From Acidobacteriota bacterium (GTDB lineage Bacteria; Acidobacteriota; Vicinamibacteria; Marinacidobacterales; Marinacidobacteraceae): a stretch of 64,000 bases of DNA. Shown piece after piece: positions 9,363 through 19,145 of this stretch. Below the pieces are notes generated by a model. The model worked only from the letters and a program-made list of their open reading frames with translations, made no database searches and was not told the DNA's origin. The first letter of the stretch is position 1, and each line of letters begins with the position of its first letter. Location: assembly GCA_022826195.1 (NCBI GenBank), contig JAJDVI010000012.1, forward strand, positions 71,583 through 135,582, given 5' to 3'. Made by a program: the position numbers and the translations under genes.

Positions 9363-9394
9363 GTTCAAGCGGCGCGCCGTGAGGTGGTTGGGGT

Positions 9395-9475
9395 TGCGAC
9401 GTGCGCGGCGCGGCGCGCCGCGCGTGCCGGTCTGAAGACCGGCGGTCCCGGCCGGCGCGCCATGGGGAGGCGGTT
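9395..9475. repeat. REP-like repeat (GTGCCGGTCTGAAGACCGGCG variant)
   Basis: GTGCGCGGCGCGGCGCGCCGCGCGTGCCGGTCTGAAGACCGGCGG aligns with 32540-32590. Confidence 0.65.
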
Positions 9476-9517
9476 CCGGGCCCCTCACTAGAATCACGCC
9501 GCGTCAGGAAGCACTGT

Positions 9518-11125
9518 TTGGCCCGGCTCAAGTCCCACATCTCGACGGACTCCGACGAGTTCCGGGCGAATGAGGCGCATAACCGCGCACTCTGCGAGAC
9601 GCTCCAGGAGCGGCTGGCCGAGGCCCGCCAGGGGGGCGGCGGCCGGGCGCGGACCCGGCACGCCGAGCAGGGGAAGCTCTTCGTGCGGGAGCGGATCGAA
9701 CGGCTCGCCGATCCGGGTTCGCCGTTTCTGGAGATCGGACCGCTCGCCGCCCACGACTGCTACGACGCTCCCACTCCGGCCGCCGGCCTGGTCACCGGGG
9801 TGGCCTCGGTTTCGGGACGACTCGTCATGGTGGTCGCGAACGACGCCACCGTGAAGGGCGGGACCTACTACCCGCTGACCGTCAAGAAGCACCTCCGCGC
9901 CCAGGAGATCGCGGACCGCTGCGAACTGCCCTGCGTGTACCTCGTGGACAGCGGAGGGGCGTTCCTGCCGCTCCAGGCCGAGGTTTTCCCCGACCGCGAC
10001 CACTTCGGCCGGATCTTCCGCAACCAGGCGGTCATGAGCGCCCGCGGCATCCCGCAACTCGCGGCGGTGATGGGCATGTGCACGGCGGGGGGCGCCTACG
10101 TCCCCGCCATGAGCGACGAGGCCGTCATCGTCGAGGGCACGGGGACCATCTACCTCGGCGGCCCGCCGCTCGTGAAGGCCGCCACCGGCGAGGAGGTGAG
10201 TCCCGAGGAACTCGGAGGGGCCCGGGTCCACACCGAGCGTTCCGGGGTGGCGGACCACCTCGCGGAGGACGACGCCGCGGCCATCCGGATCCTCCGGGAA
10301 GCCGTCGGACGGCTGCCCGCCGGCAACCGAGACCCCATCCGCGACGCCGACCCCGAGCCGCCCGACTACCCGGAGGAGGAGATCCTCGGCATCTGGCCGC
10401 GAGACCGCCGGGTCCGGGTGGACATCCGCGAGACGCTCGCCCGGCTCCTCGACGGAAGCCGCCTCGACGAGTTCAAGGCGCGCTACGGGACGACGCTCGT
10501 GACCGGCTTCGGCCGTATCGAGGGGATCACGGTCGGGATCGTGGCCAGCAACGGCGTCCTCTTCAGCAAGAGCGGGCTGAAGGGCGCGCACTTCGTCCAG
10601 CTCTGCGCCCGCGAGGGTCTGCCGCTGCTCTTCGTCCAGGACATCACCGGGTTCATGGTCGGGGCCCGCTACGAGCAGGGCGGGATCGCCAAGGACGGGG
10701 CCAAGATGGTGAACGCGGTGGCGACCGCGGAGGTGCCCAAGCTCACCCTGATCGCGGGCGGCAGCTTCGGCGCCGGCAACTACGCCATGTGCGGGCGGGC
10801 CTACGATCCGGCCTTCGCCTGGTCCTGGCCGGCGAGCCGCATTTCGGTGATGGGAGGGGAACAGGCCGCCTCCGTCCTGGTCCAGGTCAAGCGCGATCAG
10901 CGCGAGCGCGCCGGCGAGGAGCTGAGCGGTGCCGAAGCCGACGAGATCGCGACACCCGTGCGGGAGAAGTACGAACGCGAGGGGAGCCCCTACTACGCGA
11001 CCGCGCGTCTTTGGGACGACGGCATCGTGGACATGCGGCACACGCGCCGGACGCTCGCCCTGAGCCTGGCGGCCGCCGCGAACGCGCCCGTTCGGAGCTC
11101 CGGGCACGGCATCTTCCGGATGTAG
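9518..11125 (+). CDS. Biotin-dependent acyl-CoA carboxylase, carboxyltransferase (beta) subunit (methylcrotonyl-/geranyl-CoA carboxylase type)
   Basis: strong family similarity across ~530 aa ([50 protein letters not shown]); start is uncertain (no ATG; TTG/CTG near 9518); upstream part of the ORF is REP sequence. Confidence 0.8.
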   Translation: MARLKSHISTDSDEFRANEAHNRALCETLQERLAEARQGGGGRARTRHAEQGKLFVRERIERLADPGSPFLEIGPLAAHDCYDAPTPAAGLVTGVASVSGRLVMVVANDATVKGGTYYPLTVKKHLRAQEIADRCELPCVYLVDSGGAFLPLQAEVFPDRDHFGRIFRNQAVMSARGIPQLAAVMGMCTAGGAYVPAMSDEAVIVEGTGTIYLGGPPLVKAATGEEVSPEELGGARVHTERSGVADHLAEDDAAAIRILREAVGRLPAGNRDPIRDADPEPPDYPEEEILGIWPRDRRVRVDIRETLARLLDGSRLDEFKARYGTTLVTGFGRIEGITVGIVASNGVLFSKSGLKGAHFVQLCAREGLPLLFVQDITGFMVGARYEQGGIAKDGAKMVNAVATAEVPKLTLIAGGSFGAGNYAMCGRAYDPAFAWSWPASRISVMGGEQAASVLVQVKRDQRERAGEELSGAEADEIATPVREKYEREGSPYYATARLWDDGIVDMRHTRRTLALSLAAAANAPVRSSGHGIFRM

Positions 11126-11145
11126 GGATCCGGGAGCGCCGCATC

Positions 11146-13035
11146 GTGAAGCGAACCGTCCGGGTCGGAAACGCCGGCGGCTACTGGGGAGACGATCCGC
11201 GGGCGCTCCGGTCCCAGGTGCTGGGGCCGGAGCCTCCCGAGTTCGTGACCGCGGACTTCCTGGCCGAGATCACGATGAGCATCCTGCAAAAGCAGCGCGC
11301 CCGGGATCCCGAGGCCGGCTACGCCCGCGACTTCGTGAGCCAGGTCGCTCCGCTCCTCGGCGCCATCCGGGAACGCGGGATCACCGTCATCACGAACGCG
11401 GGTGGGGTGAATCCGGGAGGCTGCGCCCGCGCGGTGCTCCGCGCGGCGACGGAAGCCGGAGTCGAACTGACGGTGGCGGTGGTGGACGGCGATGACCTGT
11501 TGGGCCGGCTCGACGCGTTCCTCGACGACGGGATCCGGTTCGACAACCTGGAAACCGGCGAACCGTTCGGGCCCCGGCGGGCCGACGTCCTGTCGGCGAA
11601 CGCCTACTTCGGCGCCGAGCCGATCGTCCGGGCGCTCGCCCATCAGCCGGACGTGGTCGTCACCGGGCGCGTCACGGACACCGGCATCACCCTCGCCCCT
11701 ATCCGGCACGCCCACGGCTGGGACCCCGACGACTGGCAGCGGATCGCGGGCGGCATCGTGGCGGGACACCTGATCGAGTGCGGGGTGCAGGCCACCGGCG
11801 GGAACTTCACCGACTGGGAGCGGGTTCCCGGACTCGGCAACGAGGGCTTCCCGGTCGTCGAGGTCGAGGAGGACGGCGCCTTCGTGCTGACGAAGCAGCC
11901 CGGAACGGGCGGCCTGGTGTCCCCTGCGGTCGTCCGGGAACAACTGCTCTACGAGATGGGCGACCCGGAGCGCTACCTGTGCCCGGACGCGACCGTGGAC
12001 TTCTCCGGTCTCACCGTGACGGCTGCGGGAGAGGGTCGGGTGCGGGTCCGGGGGGCGCGGGGAGGGCCGCCTCCCGGCGACCTCAAGGTGAGCGCGTCGG
12101 TCCGGGGCGGCTTCAGCACCCGCGGCAGCCTGGTGGTCGGGGGGCCGGATGTCCGGGCGAAGACGGCGGCCCTCGAAGCCGCTTTCCGGGATCGGCTGCG
12201 GACCGACTGCGAGGCCGCGGGTGTTCCTTTCCCCGCCGAGTTCCGCGTGGACCTCGCGGGCGCGGACGCCGCCCAGCGCGGGCTCGCCGACGCCGCGCGC
12301 CTCGATCCGTCCGAGGGACTCGTCCGCTTCGCCGCCTGGAGCCCGACCCGGGAGCCGCTGCACGTCTTCCGCAAGCTGCTCCCCAGTTTCATCCTCAGCG
12401 GTCCCGCCGGACTCGCGGTCACGGGAGGCGCCCCGGCGATCTCCGAGGTGGTCGGCTACTGGCCGGCGCTCGTCCCCCGGGACCGGGTCCCGGCGTCCGT
12501 CCGGGTGATCCGGGTTTCCGCGGGCGGAACCGAAACCGTGGTCGGCGAGGAAAAGGTGCGTTTCGAGGGGCCGACCGCTCCGGCGAACGCGCCGTCGGCG
12601 GCCGGCAAGCGCTCGCAGACCGGCGTCGCGGCATCGGGCCCCCTGATCGAGACACCCCTCGGCTCGGTGGCGCACGCCCGCAGCGGAGACAAGGGGGACG
12701 CGGCCAACATCGGGATCGTCGGCCGGAGCGCCGCCTGCTACGAGTGGCTCCGCGAGCAGTTGACCACGGAGCTCGTCGGGGAGTGGGTGAGGGACGTGGC
12801 CCGGGGTCCGATCGTCCGCTACGAGGTGCCCGGGCTCTGGGCTCTCAACTTCATCCTGGAGCGGGCGCTCGGGGGCGGCGGCACCCGGAGCCTGCTCCTC
12901 GACCCGCAGGGCAAGACCTTGGCGCAGGGAATCCTCCGCCGGCGCGTCCGGATCCCGGCCGCTCTCCTAGCCACGATCCCTCCCGAAAACCGCCCGCGCT
13001 CCCCGGGGTTCGCCGCTCCTTTCTCTGCCTCATGA
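11146..13035 (+). CDS. atuA: AtuA-like protein (acyclic terpene utilization; DUF1446 N-terminal + DUF4387-like C-terminal)
   Basis: N-terminus VRVGNAGGYWGDDP...TADFLAEITMSILQKQRARDPEAGYARDFV is characteristic of DUF1446/AtuA; GTG start 11146; 629 aa. Confidence 0.65.
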   Translation: MKRTVRVGNAGGYWGDDPRALRSQVLGPEPPEFVTADFLAEITMSILQKQRARDPEAGYARDFVSQVAPLLGAIRERGITVITNAGGVNPGGCARAVLRAATEAGVELTVAVVDGDDLLGRLDAFLDDGIRFDNLETGEPFGPRRADVLSANAYFGAEPIVRALAHQPDVVVTGRVTDTGITLAPIRHAHGWDPDDWQRIAGGIVAGHLIECGVQATGGNFTDWERVPGLGNEGFPVVEVEEDGAFVLTKQPGTGGLVSPAVVREQLLYEMGDPERYLCPDATVDFSGLTVTAAGEGRVRVRGARGGPPPGDLKVSASVRGGFSTRGSLVVGGPDVRAKTAALEAAFRDRLRTDCEAAGVPFPAEFRVDLAGADAAQRGLADAARLDPSEGLVRFAAWSPTREPLHVFRKLLPSFILSGPAGLAVTGGAPAISEVVGYWPALVPRDRVPASVRVIRVSAGGTETVVGEEKVRFEGPTAPANAPSAAGKRSQTGVAASGPLIETPLGSVAHARSGDKGDAANIGIVGRSAACYEWLREQLTTELVGEWVRDVARGPIVRYEVPGLWALNFILERALGGGGTRSLLLDPQGKTLAQGILRRRVRIPAALLATIPPENRPRSPGFAAPFSAS

Positions 13036-13835
13036 GTTCTCCGCATCTTCATCTCGATTTCGCCGCGGACGGCGTCGTCCGCCTGAGCCTCCGGCGTCCG
13101 GAGGCGAGGAACGCGCTGACCCCGGAAATGGTGATCGGGATCCCCCAACTCCTCGAGGAGCTTCGAGCGCTGCCTGCGGAAGAGTGCCGGCTCGTGGTGT
13201 TGCGAGGGGAGGGAAAGGTCTTCTGCGCCGGGGCCGACCTGAAGGCAATGCGCGAGTCCGGGCAGGCGAGCGAGGAGGCGAACCGCGAGGACGCCCGGCG
13301 CTTTGCGACCCTCTTCCGGTCGGTCGCCGCCTTTCCGGCCCCGGTGGTTGCCGCGGTTCAGGGGGCGGCGCTCGGCGGCGGCTTCGGGCTGGCCGTCTGC
13401 GCCGACCACGTCATCGCGGAGGACACCGCTCGCTTCGGTACGCCCGAAGCGCGGCTCGGCCTCGTCCCGGCGGTCATCTCTCCCTACGTGGTACGGCGCC
13501 TGGGGCCGGGCCGCGCCGGCCCGTTCCTGCTGGGCGGCGCCGTGGCCCGGGGGCTTCCCGCCCTCGCCGCCGGCATCGCGCACGAGCTCACCCCGGTGGG
13601 AGGTCTGGAGGACGTGCTCGGGCAGACGGTGGAACGTTTTCTCGGAAGCGCCCCCCGCGCCGTCCGTCGGGCCAAGGCGCTCATGTTGCGGGAGGCTCCG
13701 CTCCCGCCTCGGGATCTGGAGGAGTTGACCATCCGCACCATCGCCGAGGCGCGGGCCTCCGAGGAGGGGCAGGCGGGAACCGCGGCGTTCTTCGCCAAGG
13801 TCCCGCCGCCCTGGGCACCGTCAGGTTCCAGGTAG
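13032..13835 (+). CDS. Enoyl-CoA hydratase/isomerase (crotonase family; methylglutaconyl-/isohexenylglutaconyl-CoA hydratase-like)
   Basis: crotonase motifs VFCAGADLK, AAVQGAALGGGFGLAVCAD, GTPEARLGLVP; ATG overlaps atuA-like stop (ATGA). Confidence 0.8.
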   Translation: MSSPHLHLDFAADGVVRLSLRRPEARNALTPEMVIGIPQLLEELRALPAEECRLVVLRGEGKVFCAGADLKAMRESGQASEEANREDARRFATLFRSVAAFPAPVVAAVQGAALGGGFGLAVCADHVIAEDTARFGTPEARLGLVPAVISPYVVRRLGPGRAGPFLLGGAVARGLPALAAGIAHELTPVGGLEDVLGQTVERFLGSAPRAVRRAKALMLREAPLPPRDLEELTIRTIAEARASEEGQAGTAAFFAKVPPPWAPSGSR

Positions 13836-13844
13836 CGGCTCACG

Positions 13845-15773
13845 GTGTCCACCGCCCCGCGGCTGCTGATCGCGAACCGCGGCGAGATCGCGCGCCGGAT
13901 TCTTCGCACCGCCCGCGCGCGCGGCTGCCCGGTGGCCGTCGTCTCGACCGCCGCCGATCGCGGGGCCCCGGTGCGCGGCGAGGCCGATCGGGTGTTCGAA
14001 GTCCCGGGTTTTCTGGACAGTGAAGCCATCATCGCAGCGGCCACCGGCTGGGACGCCGGACTGCTGCATCCCGGATACGGGTTCTTGTCCGAGAACTCGT
14101 CGTTCGCGGCCGCGGTCGAAGCCGCCGAGATCGCCTTCGTCGGCCCCACCGCAGAGAGCATGCGCCTGCTCGGCGACAAGGAAGCGGCGCGGCGGACCGC
14201 CGTGGCCGCCGGAGTCCCTGTATTGCCCTCGCTCGGGGTGGACGAACTCGCCTCCGAACCGAACCCGGCGGCGGCCGTGGAACAAACCGGGGTGGGTTTC
14301 CCCTGCGCCGTGAAGGCGGCGGCCGGGGGTGGCGGCATCGGCATCCGCGTGGTCCGCCGTCCGGAAGCGCTGGAGGAGGCGCTCTCGACAGCCGCCTCCG
14401 AGGCCCGGGCGGCGTTCGGGGACGGCCGCGTCTACGTGGAACGCTGGCTCGACCGCCCGCGACACGTCGAGATCCAGGTCCTCGGCGACGGACGGGGAGC
14501 CGGAATCCACCTCGGCGAGCGCGAGTGTTCCGTCCAGCGCCGCCGCCAGAAGCTCCTCGAATGGGCGCCGGGATTCGGAATTTCGGCCGACCTGCGGGCC
14601 CGGATGGGGGAAGCCGCGCTGCGGCTCGTGATCGCGACCCGTTACCGGGGTGCCGGGACGGTCGAGTTCCTGCTCGAACCGGACGGGAGCTTCCACTTTC
14701 TGGAGGTGAACACCCGGCTCCAGGTGGAGCACCCGATCACCGAGGAGATCTACGGCGTGGATCTCGTGGACGCGCAACTGGAGATCGCCGCCGGCGGATG
14801 GGCTGCGGCGCTGCCGGATCCGGTTGTCCGAGCGGGGGCGTTCGAACCTCTATCGCCCCGCGGGGCGGCCTTCGAAGCCCGCATCGTCGCCGAGTCGCCG
14901 CGGAACGGATTCGCTCCCAGCCCCGGACGGCTGCGCCGCTACCGCGAGCCGGCGGGAGACGGTGTGCGGGTCGATTCCGGGGTCGTCGAGGGAAGTCCGG
15001 TGCCCCCCGGCTTCGACTCCCTGCTGGCGAAGGTCATCGCCTCCGGGGATTCCCACCCCGCCGCGGCGGCGCGGCTCGCGTCCGCGCTCGAGTGGACGGT
15101 GATTCACGGGGTGGAGACCAACGCTTCGCTCATGGTTTCCGTGCTGCGGCATCCGGATCTGCTCGGCGAACGCGTTCACGCCGGCTGGCTCGAGGGGCGC
15201 ATCGAGGAGGTCGCCGCTTCCCGGCTGGCGCCGGACGTGATGGCGCTGCTGGGGCGTGATGGGGTGGCCGACGCGGTGGCGGCGGCCGCCTCGCGCCGCC
15301 GGACGACCACGGGGGCGGACCTCTTCCGATCGCTCGGTCAGGCGGACGAGTTTCCCCGGGTGGAGCCGGGACGGCGCGCGGGCGAGGTGATGCTCTCGGG
15401 TGCTCCGGTCCGTGACGCGGGGGCCGGCGAGGCGCTGACCGTCACCGCCACCCCGCTCGCCGGCGGGCGCGAGCTGGCGGTCACCGTGGCGGGCGAGACC
15501 CTGGCGCTGCCGCTCTCCGCGGAAGGTGAAGGACTCCGTCGCGGGCATGACTCCGGGGAGATACGGGCGCCGCTCGCCGGCCAGGTCATCCGCATCCTCG
15601 AAGGCGGGAGCAGCGTCGAGGAAGGGGACGTGGTCGCCGTGATCGAGTCCATGAAGATGCACTGGGAGATCCGCGCCCCGGCGGGCGGAGCTCTCGAGGG
15701 CGTGGCTGTCGAACGCGGACAGGCGGTCGCTGCCGGAGCGCTGTTGCTCCGGGTTGCCTCTCCGAGCGAGTGA
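13845..15773 (+). CDS. Biotin-dependent acyl-CoA carboxylase alpha subunit (biotin carboxylase + BCCP)
   Basis: ATP-grasp biotin carboxylase signatures (RLLIANRGEIA, EVNTRLQVEHPITE), C-terminal biotinyl domain with ESMKM; GTG start. Confidence 0.85.
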   Translation: MSTAPRLLIANRGEIARRILRTARARGCPVAVVSTAADRGAPVRGEADRVFEVPGFLDSEAIIAAATGWDAGLLHPGYGFLSENSSFAAAVEAAEIAFVGPTAESMRLLGDKEAARRTAVAAGVPVLPSLGVDELASEPNPAAAVEQTGVGFPCAVKAAAGGGGIGIRVVRRPEALEEALSTAASEARAAFGDGRVYVERWLDRPRHVEIQVLGDGRGAGIHLGERECSVQRRRQKLLEWAPGFGISADLRARMGEAALRLVIATRYRGAGTVEFLLEPDGSFHFLEVNTRLQVEHPITEEIYGVDLVDAQLEIAAGGWAAALPDPVVRAGAFEPLSPRGAAFEARIVAESPRNGFAPSPGRLRRYREPAGDGVRVDSGVVEGSPVPPGFDSLLAKVIASGDSHPAAAARLASALEWTVIHGVETNASLMVSVLRHPDLLGERVHAGWLEGRIEEVAASRLAPDVMALLGRDGVADAVAAAASRRRTTTGADLFRSLGQADEFPRVEPGRRAGEVMLSGAPVRDAGAGEALTVTATPLAGGRELAVTVAGETLALPLSAEGEGLRRGHDSGEIRAPLAGQVIRILEGGSSVEEGDVVAVIESMKMHWEIRAPAGGALEGVAVERGQAVAAGALLLRVASPSE

Positions 15774-15839
15774 TGGTGTTGCCCGTTTGGGCATGCAAAT
15801 CCTAGTGCTGCTAGTATCCGCTCGAACACGAGAGCTGCC

Positions 15840-16421
15840 ATGACACCGGTCGAACGCTACCTGACCTCCCGGGGCCTCAAGGAAACGGACCCGCAGGTCC
15901 TGAACAGCGCTCTCGCGGCGGTCCTGGACGGCATCGAACCGTTGGCGTACGGTGATGCTCCGGGTGGTCTGCCGGCGGCCGAACAGGCGGTCCTCCGTGC
16001 GGGTGGCTTGCAATTGGAGCCACAGCCCGGCCTCGATCCCTTGGCGATGACTGCCGTCAAGTACGCCGCCATCGTCGAGGGGAGCCTCACCGCGCGGGAG
16101 GTTGGCGAACGGTTGAACCTCACCGGGGGCCGAGTGCGTCAGTTGATCGCGGATCGGTCGCTCTACAGCTTCCTGATGGGTAGCCGGCGCCTGATCCCCA
16201 GATTCCAGTTTCGGCCCGATGGCGGGCTGGTACCGAACATTGCTGTTGTCAACCGGGTGTTGAGCCCCGGACTGCATCCCGTGGAGGTCTTCAACTGGCT
16301 TCACGCCAGAAACGCCGATCTCTTCCGGGACGAAGACCTGGATGCCACCGTATCGCCGCTTGACTGGCTCAAGGCGGGATACGAGGCCGCCCGGGTTGCC
16401 CTGCTGGCCCGTCGCCTGTAG
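15840..16421 (+). CDS. Xre-like/DUF2384 antitoxin (ParS/MbcA-like) of a RES-Xre TA pair
   Basis: C-terminal SPLDWLKAGYEAARVALLARRL resembles the DUF2384 C-terminal motif; immediately upstream of a RES-domain gene. Confidence 0.55.
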   Translation: MTPVERYLTSRGLKETDPQVLNSALAAVLDGIEPLAYGDAPGGLPAAEQAVLRAGGLQLEPQPGLDPLAMTAVKYAAIVEGSLTAREVGERLNLTGGRVRQLIADRSLYSFLMGSRRLIPRFQFRPDGGLVPNIAVVNRVLSPGLHPVEVFNWLHARNADLFRDEDLDATVSPLDWLKAGYEAARVALLARRL

Positions 16422-16427
16422 GGCGCG

Positions 16428-17066
16428 GTGCCCAAACTACCGAACCGGCCGGATCCCGCCCGACTGCGGGATCGCGAGCCCCACCTGATCTCGCTGCCTG
16501 CCGGCTCGACGCTCCACCGGGTGTATCGCCGGGGCGGCCCGTACCCCACGCTCTGGAACGCGTTTCGTTTCTTCGGTCCTACTTCGGCGCGGTTCGATCA
16601 CCACCTGCCGGATGGTTCCGGTGAGCCGCGTGAACAGGAGCGGGGCGTGTTGTACGCGGCGGCGGACATCGTCACGGCGTTGGCCGAGGCCTTTCAGCAG
16701 CGACGCACCGTGAACCGGCGGGCGGATCGCCCGTGGCTCGTTTCGTTTGCGCTGTCCCGCGAACTGACATTGCTCGACCTGACGGGTACCTTCCCGGTGA
16801 GCGTGGGCGGCTCCATGACACTCGTGACCGGTCCGGCGCTCCACGCGCAGAACTGGTCCCGCGGCTTCCACGATGCGTACCCGACGATCGAGGGGCTCTA
16901 CTACCCCGGTTCCCTGACAAATCGGCCCGTCGTGGCGCTCTACGAACGGGCGCTGGACCTGGGTCCGTTTCCCGCGACCCCGACGGTTCACCGAGCGCTG
17001 GATGACCCGTTGTTGATCGAACCGCTCCGGAACGCCTGCCGTACCCTCGGCTACGACCTGCTGTGA
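16428..17066 (+). CDS. RES-domain toxin (putative NAD+ glycohydrolase)
   Basis: R-E-S triad context: SARFDHH (Arg), YAAADIVTALAE (Glu), GLYYPGS (Ser); ~212 aa. Confidence 0.65.
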   Translation: MPKLPNRPDPARLRDREPHLISLPAGSTLHRVYRRGGPYPTLWNAFRFFGPTSARFDHHLPDGSGEPREQERGVLYAAADIVTALAEAFQQRRTVNRRADRPWLVSFALSRELTLLDLTGTFPVSVGGSMTLVTGPALHAQNWSRGFHDAYPTIEGLYYPGSLTNRPVVALYERALDLGPFPATPTVHRALDDPLLIEPLRNACRTLGYDLL

Positions 17067-17094
17067 TCGCGGTGCGCCTTCTCGGCGGATTGGA

Positions 17095-17160
17095 TTTGTC
17101 CCGCCGCCCGCCTGCGGCGGGCTGTGCCGGCTGAAGCCGGCGTTCCAAGCCGTTACTGCG
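17095..17160. repeat. REP-like repeat plus GC hairpin
   Basis: GTGCCGGCTGAAGCCGGCGTTCCAAGCCG is the exact reverse complement of the 2880 core; preceded by hairpin GCCCGCCTGCGGCGGGC. Confidence 0.7.
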
Positions 17161-17223
17161 ATTCTCGTGACGAGCGGGGTGCGCAGGAGAATCCGTGTGA
17201 GTGGCAGGCCGTACGCTTTCCGA

Positions 17224-18630
17224 ATGGACGCGTCGCCGACTCATCGTCCTGACGAAGGCAGTCGCGGGCTCGATATCTACATCGTCCTCTCCGCGCTGAT
17301 CGCGGTCGCGGCGCTCCTCACCTGGATCATCCCGGCGGGCCGCTACGAGCGCACGGTCCTTCCTGACGGCCGGGAGGCGGTGGTCCCGGGGTCGTACGAG
17401 GTCATCGAGCGGTCGCCGGCGGGCTTTTGGGAGGTGGTGACCGCGATCCCGGACGGGCTGACCGACGCGGCGAGCGTGGTCTTCCTCGTGTTCCTGTGCG
17501 CGGGCTCGGTGGGGGTGATGCGCCGGGCGGGAATCCTGGATCTCGGGGTGAACCGGCTGACCGCGGCTACCGGGCGGCGGGTCGAACTGCTGATCCCGGC
17601 GCTCATGTTCGGCTTCGCCGCGGTTTCGGGCGTGGTGGGGATGCCGGAGCTTTCCATCGCCTACCTGCCGATCGTGACGCCGATGCTCGGACGCCTGGGC
17701 TGCAGACGAACGACGGCGACCGCGGTCGCCCTCCTCCCCACCACGCTCGGTGCGGCGTTCGGCGTGACGGTGCCGGCGACGGTGGGCATCGGGCACATGC
17801 TGGCGGGGCTGCCGATGTTCTCGGGGGCCTCCTACCGGTTCGTGTTCTTCCTGATCGTGCAGGCGGCGGCGGCCATCTTCGTGGTACGGCGGGCCCGGCG
17901 GGAGATCGCCCGGCGCCACGAGCCCTCGGACCCCCGGGAGACCATCGCCGCTTCCGGCGAAGAAGCCGCGCCGGCCGCTTTCCGCGGGCGCCAGAAGGCG
18001 GCGGGCGTTGTGGCGCTCGTGCTGTTCGTGGTGTTCGTTGTTGCGGTTCTGGTGCTGCGCCTCGGGTTCGAGGAGATCGGGGGCGCGTTCGTCGCGATGG
18101 CGGTGGTGGTGTCGCTGGTGGCAGGACGGGGGCTGAACCAGATCTGCACGGACTTCAACGACGCGTTCCGCGAGATCCTGGTGGGCGCCTTGGTGTGCGG
18201 GGTGGCGCGCGGCGTCTCGGTGGTGATGACCAAGGGGATGGTCATGGACACCGTCGTCTACGGCGCCGCGCTGCTCGTCTCGTCGCTCCCGCCGGCGCTG
18301 ACCGCCGTCGGGGTGCTGTTCGGGCAGACGATCTTCAACTTCCTCGTCCCCTCCGGGAGCGGGCAGGCCCTCATCACCCTGCCGATCCTGGTGCCGGTGG
18401 CCGACCTCGCGGGGGTCACCCGGCAGGTGGTGGTGCTCGCCACCCAGTGGGGCGACGGCATCACGAACGTGATCTTCCCGACGTCCGGGTACTTCATGGC
18501 GACGCTCGTGATGGCGCGCGTCGGCCTCCTGCAGTGGATCCGCTACTACCTGCCGCTCTTCGGGATCATTCTCCTGGTCGCGACCGGCGGACTCGTGGTC
18601 GCCCAGCACATACAGCTCGGCCCGTTCTGA
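17224..18630 (+). CDS. YfcC/C4-dicarboxylate anaerobic carrier family membrane transporter
   Basis: ~470 aa polytopic membrane protein with YfcC-family organisation; ATG 17224 in frame with ORF 17167. Confidence 0.65.
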   Translation: MDASPTHRPDEGSRGLDIYIVLSALIAVAALLTWIIPAGRYERTVLPDGREAVVPGSYEVIERSPAGFWEVVTAIPDGLTDAASVVFLVFLCAGSVGVMRRAGILDLGVNRLTAATGRRVELLIPALMFGFAAVSGVVGMPELSIAYLPIVTPMLGRLGCRRTTATAVALLPTTLGAAFGVTVPATVGIGHMLAGLPMFSGASYRFVFFLIVQAAAAIFVVRRARREIARRHEPSDPRETIAASGEEAAPAAFRGRQKAAGVVALVLFVVFVVAVLVLRLGFEEIGGAFVAMAVVVSLVAGRGLNQICTDFNDAFREILVGALVCGVARGVSVVMTKGMVMDTVVYGAALLVSSLPPALTAVGVLFGQTIFNFLVPSGSGQALITLPILVPVADLAGVTRQVVVLATQWGDGITNVIFPTSGYFMATLVMARVGLLQWIRYYLPLFGIILLVATGGLVVAQHIQLGPF

Positions 18631-18637
18631 GGTCACC

Positions 18638-19129
18638 ATGCGAATCGTCAAACTTCCGGTCGAGCCCATGACCGCCGAGTCCTTCGCCCCCTACGGCGAG
18701 GTCATCGAGGCGCGGGAACGGCCGGCCGACGGCCGCCGGTTCTTTCCGGTCGACTTCCGGATCGATGGCCGGACCACGATGGACGTCATCTGGCAACCGG
18801 CCGGGGGAAAGCGGTTCCGGATGCTGGAGCGCCACTTCGCGGTCACCCAGGCGTTCATCCCGCTCGAGGGTGCGCCCGCGGTGGTGGCGGTGGCCCCGCC
18901 CACCGATCTCGACGACGCCGAGGCCGTTCCGAAGCCCGAGGAGGTGCGCGCCTTCCTCATCGATCCGGGGAAGGGGTACGCCTACAGGACCGGGACCTGG
19001 CATTCCCTCGACCGCTACCTGCTCGAGCCGCCGGGCGCCAGCTTCGTGATCCTGAACGTGGATCCCAACCCGACGCAGTTCGTGGACTACGGCGAGCGGT
19101 TCGGGGTGGAGTTCGAGGTGGACGCGTAG
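18638..19129 (+). CDS. Ureidoglycolate lyase (AllA)-like cupin protein
   Basis: AllA-like N-terminus LPVEPMTAESFAPYGEVIE, ~160 aa cupin. Confidence 0.5.
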   Translation: MRIVKLPVEPMTAESFAPYGEVIEARERPADGRRFFPVDFRIDGRTTMDVIWQPAGGKRFRMLERHFAVTQAFIPLEGAPAVVAVAPPTDLDDAEAVPKPEEVRAFLIDPGKGYAYRTGTWHSLDRYLLEPPGASFVILNVDPNPTQFVDYGERFGVEFEVDA

Positions 19130-19145
19130 GGGGGCGGTGCGTCCC

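Noticed and set aside
9401-9520. Conserved peptide MRGAxRRACRSxDRRSxP at the starts of ORFs 9401(+), 32541(+) and 58079..58831(-)
   Set aside because: The conservation is at DNA level (REP-like element) and occurs in both orientations. Flanking peptide sequence is unrelated, so it is not a protein family.
9494-12675. Long minus-strand ORFs (537 and 560 aa) antisense to the carboxylase beta and AtuA-like genes
   Set aside because: Arg/Pro/Gly-rich with no domain signatures. The sense-strand genes have unambiguous homology.
16672-18669. 665-aa minus-strand ORF and 414-aa plus-frame ORF overlapping the YfcC transporter gene
   Set aside because: Low-complexity Arg/Gly/Asp-rich sequence with no TM pattern. 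The transporter frame is supported by hydrophobicity periodicity.
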